A stretch of 64,000 nt of DNA from Dictyostelium discoideum (Eukaryota), in NCBI GenBank assembly GCA_000004695.1, contig CM000153.2:1504001-1568000 (forward strand). The letters run 5' to 3'. This document shows, one piece after another, positions 34,387-45,461 of the stretch. The notes under the pieces were generated by a model that saw only the letters and a list, made by a program, of their open reading frames with translations, searched no databases and had not been told where the DNA came from. The stretch's first letter is position 1; each line of letters starts with the position of its first letter. The position numbers were made by a program, and so were the translations under genes.

Positions 34387-35137
34387 ATGTTAGAAAAATT
34401 TGATTATGAATTAATTAAATCAGCAGGAAATAATGATATAAAGAAATTAAGGGAAATGTTAGATTGTGGAGTTGATATAAATATGAAAGAAGCAGATAAA
34501 GGTACAACAGCAATACATATAGCATGTACAAGAGGACATAAACAAGCTATTGAGGTATTGGTATCACGTGGTGTTGATGTCAATGTTCAAGATAATAGAG
34601 GTGTTACACCATTACATTCATTAGTTAATAGTAGATATGACATTTTAGCATTATGGTTAATTCGTCATGGTGCTAAAATCAATATACCCGATAATAATAA
34701 TTTCTCAGCCTATGATTTAGCACATGGTTGGTTTCAAAAGGAGATGGTTTTAGCATCTGAGGGTAAAACATCCCAAAGTGAAGAGAAACTTGAAGAACAA
34801 CAAAAAGAAATGAAACAAAAACAAGAACAATATCAAAAACAAGTTTCAACATTGCGTGAAAAAATGTCAACAATTGATGTATCAACATCAACAACAACAA
34901 CAATGGCATCATCAGCAAATTTTGGAGCATCTTCAGGTTATGATACAATTAGAGGTGGTGTTTTATTAAATTCTTCAGAAGTTTTAAAAGTTTTCTTTAG
35001 AAATGAATCTTATAAATCAATTAAAGTTTCAAGTACTGATACTGCAAGAGAATTATGTAAAAGAATGGTTGAAAAATTCAATATGCCATCTTATGATAAA
35101 TGTTTTGATATTGTTGAAACAATAAAAGGAAAATGTA

Positions 35138-35209
<72 letters not shown>

Positions 35210-35423
35210 TTGTTGGTTTATTAATTTATTAATTATTTTTTTATTTTTAAATTTATTAGCTCGTTTTTTACAACCAACAGATTTATTATTACAATCAAAA
35301 TCAAAATGGCCAGTAATTGTTGGTACATCTGGAAATGAAACTCATTTACATTGTTATTTCTCCTGTGTAATTAGAAAAACTGCACCACCAGAATGTGTTG
35401 AACAATTCCAAAAAATTATTTAA
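34387..35423 (+). CDS. Ankyrin-repeat protein with a coiled-coil and a C-terminal ubiquitin-like / Ras-association-like domain. Two exons: 34387-35134 and 35260-35423.
   Basis: ANK repeats: GTTAIHIACTRGHKQAIEVLVSRGVDVNVQDNRGVTPLHSLV..., LIRHGAKINIPD. The intron 35135-35259 has a GTAATT donor, a (TAT)n body and a tttattag acceptor in phase 1. It joins ...FDIVETIKGK to S-RFLQPTDLLLQSKSKWPVIVGTSGNETHLHCYFSCVIRKTAPPECVEQFQKII*. The ORF track reads through the (TAT)n intron as poly-Y. Confidence 0.7.
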
Positions 35424-35524
35424 AATTAAAATTATTATTTTTGTACATTATTATAATAAAAAAAAAAAAAAAAAGATTGTTTATTCTTATAAGACAGTTT
35501 GATAATATAGATTCATTTTTTGTA

Positions 35525-35755
35525 GAATTATTGTTTAATAAAAATGTAAAATAAAACAAAAAAGATTTTTTTTTTTTGAAATAATTTTTATTTTATTTTT
35601 TTTTTTGTTTATTATGTATGGATTGAAAAATCTAGAATTTAGGAAAAACCTTATACTTTTCTAATTGACCAGCTATTATTTATTTGCAAAAAGATGACTA
35701 TCTATCTCATCTTGGAATTGTATAAATGATAAATTACCCTCTTTTTCTTTAGTTG
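35525..35755. repeat. Left arm of an inverted-repeat pair. Its partner is at 37510-37756.
   Basis: The reverse complement of 35525-35755 aligns base by base with 37510-37756. Example block: ccttatacttttctaattgaccagctattatttatttgc / gcaaataaataatagctggtcaattagaaaagtataagg. Weaker similarity continues inward to about 35990 and 37330. Confidence 0.7.
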
Positions 35756-36289
35756 TGATGAGATATTACCCAAAATTTGATAGGATAATTTCAGAAAATT
35801 TTCTAAATTTAATATGTTGCCCAACAGGAAAGTTTGGACCAACAAAATCAACCATTACACCAAATGTTAACAACAACAATTATTTTAATGGTTGAGGGAA
35901 AAATGAAAAATTATATTATAGTGATATTATTTATGAAAAAATTCATCAAAATAAATTTGTAAATATGGGTGATTGGTTTAATATGGATATTTCACAAACA
36001 AATGGAAAACTATTATCATTTTCCATAAAAATGATTTAGATAATAATATTTATTTTGAAAGCTATGAAATATAAACCAACTTTTTAATTCAATCAACATA
36101 AACTGTATGTGTTACATTATTAATACAAAAAAAAAACAAAAAAATAATCTTTTTTTAATGCAAATATGATTTTTTAAAAATAAAATAAAAATAAAACTAA
36201 TGTAAAAAAAAAAAATTTGGAACACACAAAATCTTGGTTATTATTATTATTATTATTATTTGTATATAATCAAAAAAAAAAAAATTGGC

Positions 36290-36420
36290 TCCAAATTTCT
36301 CTTGTGTAATTAGAAAAACTGATCCACCAGAATGTGTTGAACAATTCCAAAAAATTATTTAAAACCAAAACAAATATTTTTGTACATTTATTAAAATAAA
36401 AAAAAATAAAAAAAAAGATT
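36290..36420 (+). other. Duplicated fragment of the ankyrin gene's last exon and 3' flank, a truncated copy of 35345-35470.
   Basis: The sequence ctc(t/c)tgtgtaattagaaaaactg(a/c)(t/a)ccaccagaatgtgttgaacaattccaaaaaattatttaa is shared with the 3' end of exon 2 of the 34387-35423 gene. It is followed by a similar tttttgtacatt...aaaaaaagattgtt stretch. It has no upstream exon or acceptor context, so it is a fragment and not a gene. Confidence 0.7.
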
Positions 36421-36692
36421 GTTATATTTTTAAAATATTGTATATATTATTACAATTTATAAATTAATATTATTTTTCCTTTTTTTAATTTTTTTTTTAA
36501 TTTAATAAATATCTTTAACCTCAAAATCAAGCTTATTTTTTATTAATTCAAGATATAGTTGGAAATATTCTGGTTATTTTAAAAAATTTTTATTTCCAGA
36601 ATTTAAAAGATAAAGAAATTAATACAATTATAATTTGTAAATAATAGAGAAAAAAAAAAAATAATAAAAGCCTTTATTTATATTATTATCTA

Positions 36693-36926
36693 TTATTTTT
36701 TTAATGATGCTAATGAAGATTGCTTTGTAAGATCTCTCATTTGAACCTTAAAGTAATTATTGTAGCTTGTGATTTCAAGTGGCCATTTAGTAATAGTTTT
36801 ATTATCACAAACCCAAATTTCTTTTGCAACTTGAGAGATTAATCTAAAATCGTGAGATACTAATATCATGCCTCCGGGGAAAGAATTGATGGCCAAAGCT
36901 AAACTATCAATACATTCCATATCTCT
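36693..36926 (-). pseudogene. Second copy of the ABCF terminal exon, with intact ORF and splice acceptor. It is either a duplicated pseudo-exon or an alternative 3' exon.
   Basis: About 280 bp spanning 36660-36960 are near-identical to 38425-38700. It encodes (D)[46 protein letters not shown] then a diverged tail [29 protein letters not shown]. The real copy reads [29 protein letters not shown]. The cttgaag|AGATATGGAATG acceptor context is preserved. Confidence 0.55.
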
Positions 36927-37509
36927 TCAAGAAAATGATCAAAATAGTCAAAAACGATTAAATTTAATGTTTTAAAACGATCAAAAGGTCTAATAATGAT
37001 TTATCTGGTCTATTCAAACATGATGACATTACCGAGGTACAAGATTAAGATTTATTATTCAATAACTTAGGTATGTATTATTGTTTACCTTTTAGAAAAA
37101 AAAAAAAACTATTAATAATAATAATATTTATAAAAATTTTAAATCTAATCAAATTTTAGGTAGTATATCATCAGTAACAAATTTATCAATCAATATTACC
37201 GAAATCAATGGCAAATATTTAATAGATTTAGCTGGGAATCGTATTATTACATCTTTTTCAATTCTTTCTGGCGATCTTTATTAAGTGTTGTTTTGGTTCA
37301 CTCTGATTCAAAACCCCATTTATTTATAGTATCTGAATGAAAAAGTTTAGCAACTACATTGTTAAACTTTTTTCAATTACCACCAAAAATTGGGTCACTC
37401 AATTTATATTTTTATGGCTTTTCAACATTGTTCAATTATACACTACTATATTGATAATCATTTTTTTATGTACACCATCGATAGTGGTAGATAAAATGGA
37501 AATTTTATT

Positions 37510-37756
37510 TAGATTCATCACAACAAAAGACAAAGAGGATAATTTATCATTAGTACAATTCCAAGATGAGAAAGATAGTCATCTTTTTGCCAATAAATAA
37601 TAGCTGGTCAATTAGAAAAGTATAAGGATTTCTCTAAATTCTAGAGTTTTTAATCTATACAAAATAAACAAATAAAAAATAAAATACAAAAAGTTTTAAA
37701 AAAAAAAACCTATATCTTTTTTGTTTTATTTTACATTTTTATTAGAAAACAAAAAG
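37510..37756. repeat. Right arm of the inverted-repeat pair. Its partner is at 35525-35755.
   Basis: See the left-arm entry. Outer ends: ...ttacatttttattagaaaacaaaaag at 37731-37756 against gaattattgtttaataaaaatgtaa at 35525-35550. Confidence 0.7.
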
Positions 37757-38454
37757 TATTAACTATGTAACAAATATAATTTTAAAATTATTCCCAACTT
37801 TGGCCTCGAATTATTATAGCGATTTGTTGATGGGTTGAAATTACCCAAATTACCTAGTTTGTTAATAAAATTTGATTATTAAAAAGAAAAAAAAAAAATT
37901 GTGTATATTTTTTTTATTTTTTTTTGTTTATTTTTTATTTTTTTTTTAATTAAACAAACCAAATACTCTAATTCAATTTTAATGAACAAATTGAATATTA
38001 TTTCAAACTTTTTTTTTTAACATTAATCAAAACTAAGTAAATACTTATACCCCTACCTGGCTTTTTTTATTTTTACCTGCACCTGAGTTATTGAAAATTT
38101 TTTTCAACAACTGACATATCCTACCTGACGTACCTATACCCATTTAGAAACTCAAATCAGATCACCAAAAGTATCGCCATCTTTAAGATATTTAACATTT
38201 TTGAAATACAATTCCGAGGTCGAGATAAATGATTATTAACATCGGTTGGTTAAATAGTAAAAGAAAAGAGGCATGTAAATTGGGGAAGTGTTTAAGATTA
38301 TTTGGATATTTTCCAATTCACAATCGGATTCTATTAAATTTAATATAAAAAAAAAAAAATAATAATAATAATAATAATAATAATAAACTAATTAAATATT
38401 ATAACAATACAATTATATTTTTATAAAAAAAGCCTTTATTTATATTATTATCTA

Positions 38455-40446
38455 TTATTTTTTTAATGATGCTAATGCGCCTTGCTTTGTGAGATCTCTC
38501 ATTTGAGCCTTTAAGTGATTCTTATAGCTTGTGATATCACCTGCCCATTTAGTAATAGTTTTATTATCACAAACCCAAATTTCTTTTGCAACTTGAGAGA
38601 TTAATCTAAAATCGTGAGATACTAATATCATGCCTCCGGGGAAAGAATTGATGGCCAAAGCTAAACTATCAATACATTCCATATCTCTTCAAGAAAATGA
38701 TCAAAATGGTCAAATTTAACGACAAAATGGTCAAAAACGATTAAATTTAATGTTTTAAAATGATCAAAAGGTCAAATTTAATGATAAAATGGTCAAAAAA
38801 CGATTAAATTTAATGTTTTAAAATGATCAAAAAGGTCAAGTTTATAGTAATAAAATGGTTAAAATGACTATAGTTAGTATCGATTATATATTATTTATAA
38901 AAACAATTGTTTATAAATGTTTGTTGTTTTTTTTTTTTTTTTGGAATAATAAAAAAAGTACTTACAAATGATTTGTTGGTTCATCAAGTAATAAAAGATG
39001 TGGATTTTCGAGAGCCATAAGACAGAAAATTAAACGAGATTTAATACCATCAGACATACAACCAATAGCTTCAGTTTGAGCTTTACCAGTAACACCAAAT
39101 CTACCAATTTCACGACGCCATTCTTCGGTATCTTTATTCATATGAGCAAATTTAGAACGAACAAAATCCAATGGAGTAGCGGTGAGATCTAAAACTTCAT
39201 GAGCATGTTGATGATAACGAGCCATTTTAAGATGACTATGTTTTTTAATGAAACCTTGAGTTGGTGAGATTTGACCGACCATAAGCTTCAATAAAGTACT
39301 TTTACCAGCACCATTTGGACCAACAAGTGCAATTCTAGAGTCTAAATCGATAGCTAAATCTAAATTTCTATATAAAACATCTGCTTCTTTACCGCTGTAT
39401 GAAAAAGTAACATTATCAAAATGCATGATTGGTGGGGCCAATTCACCACATGGTGGGAATGAAAAATTGAAAATCTTATCTTCTTGTACTCTTTCGACGA
39501 GACCAGCTTCCTCCATTTTATCGATAATCTTTTGTTTTGATTTACCTTGACGGACCAAATTGGAATAGGTACCACAAGATGCGATAAAAGATTTAATGTG
39601 TGCAATTTCTTCTTGTTGTTTGTGGTATGCTTTCATTTGATTGACTTCCAATTCTGCTTTGGTCTTTACAAAGTTATCATAGTTACCACCATAGTATTTT
39701 AATTTTGATTGAGTCATATGGATGATATTGGTACAAACTGCATTGAGGAAATCTTGACTGTGTGAAATGATAATGAGTGAACGATCATAATTGGCTAAAT
39801 AATCCTCCAACCATACACATGCACCTAAATCCAAATGATTGGTTGGTTCATCCAATAAAAGAAGAGTTGGTTTAATGAAAAGTGCTTTGGCAAGTGATAC
39901 TCTCATTCTCCAACCACCAGAAAGATCTTTAGTTTTCTTTAACATTGTTTGACTTGTGAAACCTAAACCAATTAAAATTTCAGATGCTCTTGGTACAAAT
40001 GTAGTTGGATCTAAATTCTCTAAACGTTCATAAACATCAAATAATTCTTCACTTTCTGGACCTTGTTCTTCTAATAATCTCTCTTCCAATACTTCTAAAC
40101 GTTTAACTTCCTTTTCAGCATCATCAATTACTGATTGTAATGCAGTTCTTTCAGATGGATGAGCTTCTTCACTCAAATGGAAAATATCAATATGTTCTGG
40201 AATTGGTAATTCTCTAACTGCCAAACATTGGAAAAAGGTTGATTTACCACAACCATTTTGACCAATAAGACCATATCTTCTACCAAAATTGATTTCAACT
40301 GTTGTATCTGATAACAATTCTTTACCATGGAAAGTTAATGTAACTTGTTCAATTTTAACCTAAAAAAATAAGAGTAGTGAATAGGAGTTTATATTTTTAA
40401 AAAAAAAACAAAGGGTTAGTTTTTATTTTAAATTATTTATTTATTT

Positions 40447-40480
<34 letters not shown>

Positions 40481-40698
40481 CTCCGATAAAACGTAAAACT
40501 TTAAAGGAGAGAAAAAAAAAAAAAAAAAAAAAAAAAACTTACATCTCTTGATGATTCTTTTGAAGCGAGTGCACCTGTTGCAGTGAATGCATTTAATCTC
40601 ATTTCTTTGAATTTATCTTGAACTTCATCTTCAACATCTGAAGTTGGTGGAGTTACTTCTTTCTTTGATTTATTATTTTTTCCTCCCTTTTTTGCCAT
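38455..40698 (-). CDS. ABC transporter family F ATPase (ABCF1/GCN20-type, tandem ABC domains, no transmembrane domains). Three exons on the minus strand: 40543-40698, 38966-40359, 38455-38686.
   Basis: Exon 1 reads [26 protein letters not shown]...SSRD, ending at a GTAAGT donor. Exon 2 follows tttttttag and reads [41 protein letters not shown]... with Walker A, the LSGGW signature, and a second NBD (GPNGAGKST...[10 protein letters not shown]). Exon 3 after intron 38687-38965 completes ...[30 protein letters not shown]...*. Overall it is colinear with the human ABCF1 core. In Dictyostelium this would be an abcF-class gene; I cannot verify the exact paralog name. Confidence 0.9.
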
Positions 40699-40950
40699 CT
40701 TTACTGTGTTTTTTTCTTTTGATTTCTATTTGTTTATATTATAGTTTTTATTATTAGTACAACGTTATTTATTTATTTTTTCTATACAATATTATTTGTT
40801 AAAAAAAATTTTAAAAATTTAAAAAAATAAAAAATAAAAAAAATAAAATAAAAAAAAGTAAATAAAATAAAGAAAAAAAAAAAATACAAAAAAAAACAAA
40901 AATAAAAATAAAAATTAAATAAAATAAAATATAAACAAAACAAAACAAAA

Positions 40951-40995
40951 AATAAAATAAAATAAAATAAAATAAAATAAAATAAAATAAAATTA
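40951..40995. repeat. (AAAAT)n microsatellite of about 9 units.
   Basis: Direct reading: aaaataaaataaaataaaataaaataaaataaaataaaataaaat. Confidence 0.9.
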
Positions 40996-41365
40996 AAAAA
41001 ATAAAAAAAAAACAAGCGAAAGTTTAAACTTTAAAACAATATTATCGTTTTTTTTTTTTTTTTTTAGTTGTTTTGTATTTTAAAAATAAAAAAAAAAAAA
41101 AAACAGTAATTAAATAAGTGTGGGGTGGGGGTATTTTAAAAAAAAAAAATAAATAAATAAATAAAATTTTGGATGTGTTTTTTTGTTATTTATAAAATTT
41201 GAATGTTTTTTAATTTTTTCATAAAATTATAAATTTACAAAATTAAGACCATTTCGCAAATGTATACAAATATTTACAAATAATAATAAAATTAAAATAA
41301 TTATAATAAAATAAACATACACTTTTGACTATAGTCTTGGGTTGGAGTCGTAGGAAAACAAAGAG

Positions 41366-41404
<39 letters not shown>

Positions 41405-41547
41405 TGTTTCGTTTTTTTTTTTTTTTTTTTTAAATTTTTTTTTTATTTTTATTTTTTTTTATTTTTATTTTTTTTTTTCGAATTTTTCTTTTAATTCGTT
41501 TTTTCACACCCCTTCCATATTTTTATTTTTAATTTTAATTTTGTTTT

Positions 41548-41579
<32 letters not shown>

Positions 41580-41755
41580 GATCGAGAAGTTGGGGCTGAG
41601 TATTATTGGAGATAAAAAACGTATTTAGTGGCTTTTTTTTATTTTTAATTTATTTTTTATTATTATTTTTTTTTTTTAAAGTTACTAAATTGAAAATCAA
41701 ATTAACCATTCAAATAATCCATGTGAAAATGACAAAAAATAATGATAATAAAATA

Positions 41756-41797
<42 letters not shown>

Positions 41798-41922
41798 ATA
41801 ATAATAAGAAACCATTCAAATAATTGTTTGGAATAAGAAATTGGTTTTTACCTTTTTATTAAAAATAAAAAAAAAAAAAATAAAAAAAAAATTGTTTAAT
41901 TACAAAAAAAAAAAAAAATTAT

Positions 41923-43105
41923 TTAATAATCGTATTCGGAATAGTTATCAAAACCATTATCATAATTATATGGATCATTGTTGAATGCATTTGTTGAGTC
42001 ACTAAAATCATTTTGAAAACTTGAAATATCATTTTTTAATTGTTCAATCAAAATCTTTTCGTTTAATGGTTTAATTTTAATAATACTAAAACCATCATTT
42101 TGATTTTGAAATTCTAATTCCAATAAATTATTTGCCAACAAATTTAAATTGTCCGATAAATATTTTGATTGATTTTCTTTCTCTAAATTTCTAAAATCAC
42201 TTACTTCGCCTAATATTGATTTCGATATCTAAAAGATTTTTTGGGGAAAAAAAAAAAAAAAAAGAAAAAATTAGGAAAAAAAAAAAAAAACCAGGAAAAA
42301 AAAAAAAAAACCAGGAAAAAAAAACCAAGAAAAAAAAAAAAACTACTTACATTTGGAGAAAGTAATACATTTTTTAAAGAATCTGAACCATCACACAATA
42401 CTAATTTTATATTAAACATTCCACTTTTAATTGAGAGTTTGATACCACCAATTGAGGCCAAAACATTCAGTTTTGTTTTTGGTTTATAGATCGAAATTTT
42501 TTGATTAATTTCTGAAATATAGGTAACAAAACTTGTATCTTTATCATTGACTATTAAATTATTATCATTTCTATTTACACCATTAAATTCATCATCTAAA
42601 TATATAACACTAAGATCATTTTTAGAAGCTTTGAAAGTTGTGGTAGTAGTGGTAGTGGTAGTACTTGTAGAAGTGAATGAAGATTTTGAATTTTCATTAT
42701 TATTATCGTTTAATAAATTTACTCTGTTTGTTATTAATGATTGAGGTGGAGATAGTAATGATATTGGTATATCTTTTGTGATTCCCTGATTTATTGTATT
42801 GGCACTGGTAGGTGTTGTAGTGGAGGTAGTAGTGGTGGATGATGACGATGACGAAGACAAAGGTGGTCTTTTAATAATTCCACTTGTACTTGGTTTAATT
42901 GGGAGGGTTGGTCTAATTGTTGATGTTGTTGCTGTAGCTGTACTTGGGTTTGACAGATGTATTGTTGGTCTTATTAAATTTGATGGTGTAGTATTTGCAA
43001 TATTGGCAGTAGCAGCTATATTCATTCTATTGATACCCAATGTAGAGACTGTGGATGTTGTAGTTTGTTTATTAATATTATTTACAGGTAAGATATTTGA
43101 TCGGG

Positions 43106-43136
<31 letters not shown>

Positions 43137-43167
43137 TACTAAGTTCCTATTACTTTTATTGCTATTA

Positions 43168-43238
<71 letters not shown>

Positions 43239-43930
43239 TTGACCTAAAATTGCAGAAAGTTTATCTTTTCTCATTCTAACTTCCTCTTCATGAATTTTAA
43301 CTAATCTTGTTACTTGACCACCAATAATTCTAATATTATGTTCTTCTAAAAGTATAATACCTCTTCTAACTGTAAAATCTTTTATTGCAATCTAAAAATA
43401 GAAATAGAAATTCAAAATATTAATATTGATTAAACACAGATTATATATTATATAATTATATAGGGGGAGGGGGTTACTTTTAAACCGGGTGGCATTAAAG
43501 GAGATAAAAAATGAATGAAATGATGTTCAATTGCATTAAAATTATTTTTACCATCAGTCAAGTGTAATTTTAAAGTTCTATTTGTTGATTTATCATCATT
43601 ATCTCTGTTTTCAAATGATTCCGATATATTTTTAATTGAATTTAATTGTAAGATGAAAACATCATTGAATTTTGATACCTTTATTGTTATATCATTTATT
43701 GATTTCGCTTGTTGTTCTGTAAAACTTGGTAAAGAAGATTTTAAAATATCACTATTTAAAAAATATTTATAAACTTTTTCTGATATTATTTGTAAATTTA
43801 TATTATTATTATTATTATTACTATTTTTATTTATATGATCTAAACAATCTTTTAACCAATTATCATTTAATTGTATATTACTATTTGTTAAAAAGTATTG
43901 TTTTATATTTGAAATTAAGTTATTATTCAT
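41923..43930 (-). CDS. RMI1 homolog (RecQ-mediated genome instability protein 1; N-terminal DUF1767 + OB-fold). Three exons on the minus strand: 43478-43930, 42351-43391, 41923-42228.
   Basis: Exon 1 reads ...NDNWLKDCLDHINKN...VFILQLNSIKNISES...LKLHLTDGKNNFNAIE...LMPPGLK. It parallels human RMI1 (PPMWLEACINWIQEEN ... FYALQINSLVDVSQ ... LMLQLTDGIVQIQGMEY ... LPPGTK). The GTAACC donor is in phase 0. Exon 2 follows ttttag and reads IAIKDFTVRRGIILLEEHNIRIIGGQVTRL, compare human [31 protein letters not shown]. It then runs into poly-N/T/S low complexity and ends at AAT|GTAAGT. Exon 3 follows tcttttag and reads ISKSILGEVSDF...MLANNLLELEF...SEYDY*. The ORF track reads through intron 42229-42350 as poly-F. 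Confidence 0.7.
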
Positions 43931-43988
43931 TTCATTATTATTATTATTATTACTATTATTTTTAAAGTTTGCTTTGAAAATTTTTTAC

Positions 43989-44025
<37 letters not shown>

Positions 44026-44047
44026 ATTTCATTTTTTTTTTTTTTTT

Positions 44048-44086
<39 letters not shown>

Positions 44087-44186
44087 GAATTTCATATTTT
44101 AAAAATAATATCTATATTTGTTTTATTTATTTTTATTTTTTATTTTTTTTTAATTTTTTTTAATTTTTTTAATTTTATATATATAA

Positions 44187-45203
44187 ATGATTAATAAAAA
44201 AAGAATGAATTTAATAATTACCTTAATTGGTATTAAATTTATTATATTTTTAATATTAAATTATATATTACCAAATATATTAATAATGGGTAGTAGGGAT
44301 CAAGATTTTAAAAAGAAATATGGAAAATGGGCATTAGTAACAGGTAGTAGTAGTGGTATTGGTAAATCAATTTCACATAGATTAGCAAGTCAAGGTATTT
44401 CATTAATATTAGTTGCAAAAGATGATCAATATTTTAATGAAATGGTAAATGAAATTAAAAATAAATATAAATCAAATATCAATTTAAAATTTTTATCAAT
44501 TAAATTAGATTTAACAAAACCAGAATCAGTTAAAGAATTAATTTTAAAATTAAAAGAATTTGAATCAAATAAAATTTTAAAAATAAATGAAATTAGAATT
44601 TTATTTAATAATGTTGGTTATGTAACAATGGAGGGATTTAATCAAACCTCTTACGATAATGATAAATTAAAAATGATACAATGTAATACCTTAACATCTG
44701 TCCAATTAACTGATTACTTTTATAGAATTTGGATAGAAAATAAAATAAATATTAATAATGATGATTATAAAAAGAATGGTGTAATTATATTTACATCATC
44801 AATTGGTGCAATATTGCCAACACCATTTTCAGTTATTTATTCAAGTTGTAAATCATTTTTATCAAATTTTGCAACTTCATTATCATTGGAAGCGAAATCT
44901 AATGATATTGATATTTTAGCTGTACAACCTGGAAGAGTTGATACTCATATATTTGATAAGTTACCAAACTTATTGGCATTAAAATTTTTGAAATTAATGT
45001 CACAAAAACCTGATGACGTTGTTGATATCATGTTTAGAGCTGCTGGTAGATATGGTATTGTAATTTTTAATAGTGGTTTATTTGCTCAATTATCATGTTT
45101 ATTTTCAAATTTATTTGGTATTAATTTAACAAATAATATTGTTTATTTAATTTCAAAATATATTTTAACTGATTATTCACAATATAGAAAAATAAATAAA
45201 TAA
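44187..45203 (+). CDS. Short-chain dehydrogenase/reductase, HSD17B12 / very-long-chain 3-ketoacyl-CoA reductase (KAR)-like, with an N-terminal transmembrane segment. Single exon.
   Basis: N-terminal hydrophobic stretch. Rossmann motif GKWALVTGSSSGIGKSISHRLASQGISLILVAK. NNVG (the NNAG equivalent). Catalytic YSSCK (YxxxK). Paralog of the next gene. Confidence 0.85.
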   Translation: MINKKRMNLIITLIGIKFIIFLILNYILPNILIMGSRDQDFKKKYGKWALVTGSSSGIGKSISHRLASQGISLILVAKDDQYFNEMVNEIKNKYKSNINLKFLSIKLDLTKPESVKELILKLKEFESNKILKINEIRILFNNVGYVTMEGFNQTSYDNDKLKMIQCNTLTSVQLTDYFYRIWIENKININNDDYKKNGVIIFTSSIGAILPTPFSVIYSSCKSFLSNFATSLSLEAKSNDIDILAVQPGRVDTHIFDKLPNLLALKFLKLMSQKPDDVVDIMFRAAGRYGIVIFNSGLFAQLSCLFSNLFGINLTNNIVYLISKYILTDYSQYRKINK

Positions 45204-45413
45204 ATAAATAAAAAAAAAAAAGAAAAGAAAACTAAAAATAAATTATTATTATTAATTTAAACATCCTGTTTTTAATCATTTTTTAAATTTCCCTAGGGGG
45301 TGAAAAGTAATTTTATTTGGCGCTGGTGGTGAATTTGTTGCCTCTTTTTTTTTTTACTTTTATTTTTTGACCATAACAAAATCTCAATTTTTACATTTTT
45401 TTTTCATTTTTTT

Positions 45414-45450
<37 letters not shown>

Positions 45451-45461
45451 AAAATTTAAAA

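Noticed and set aside
37337-37600. 87-aa plus-strand ORF inside the right inverted-repeat arm
   Set aside because: It lies within repeat DNA whose mirror copy on the other arm is not open. It has no recognisable motif and is most likely a chance ORF.
45290-45340. GC-rich island (ccctagggggtgaaaag...ggcgctggtggtgaatttgttgcc) between the SDR paralogs as a possible Class I small RNA
   Set aside because: It lacks the conserved Class I motif (CCTTACAGCAA) and shows no obvious terminal stem. It is probably just part of the duplicated promoter region.
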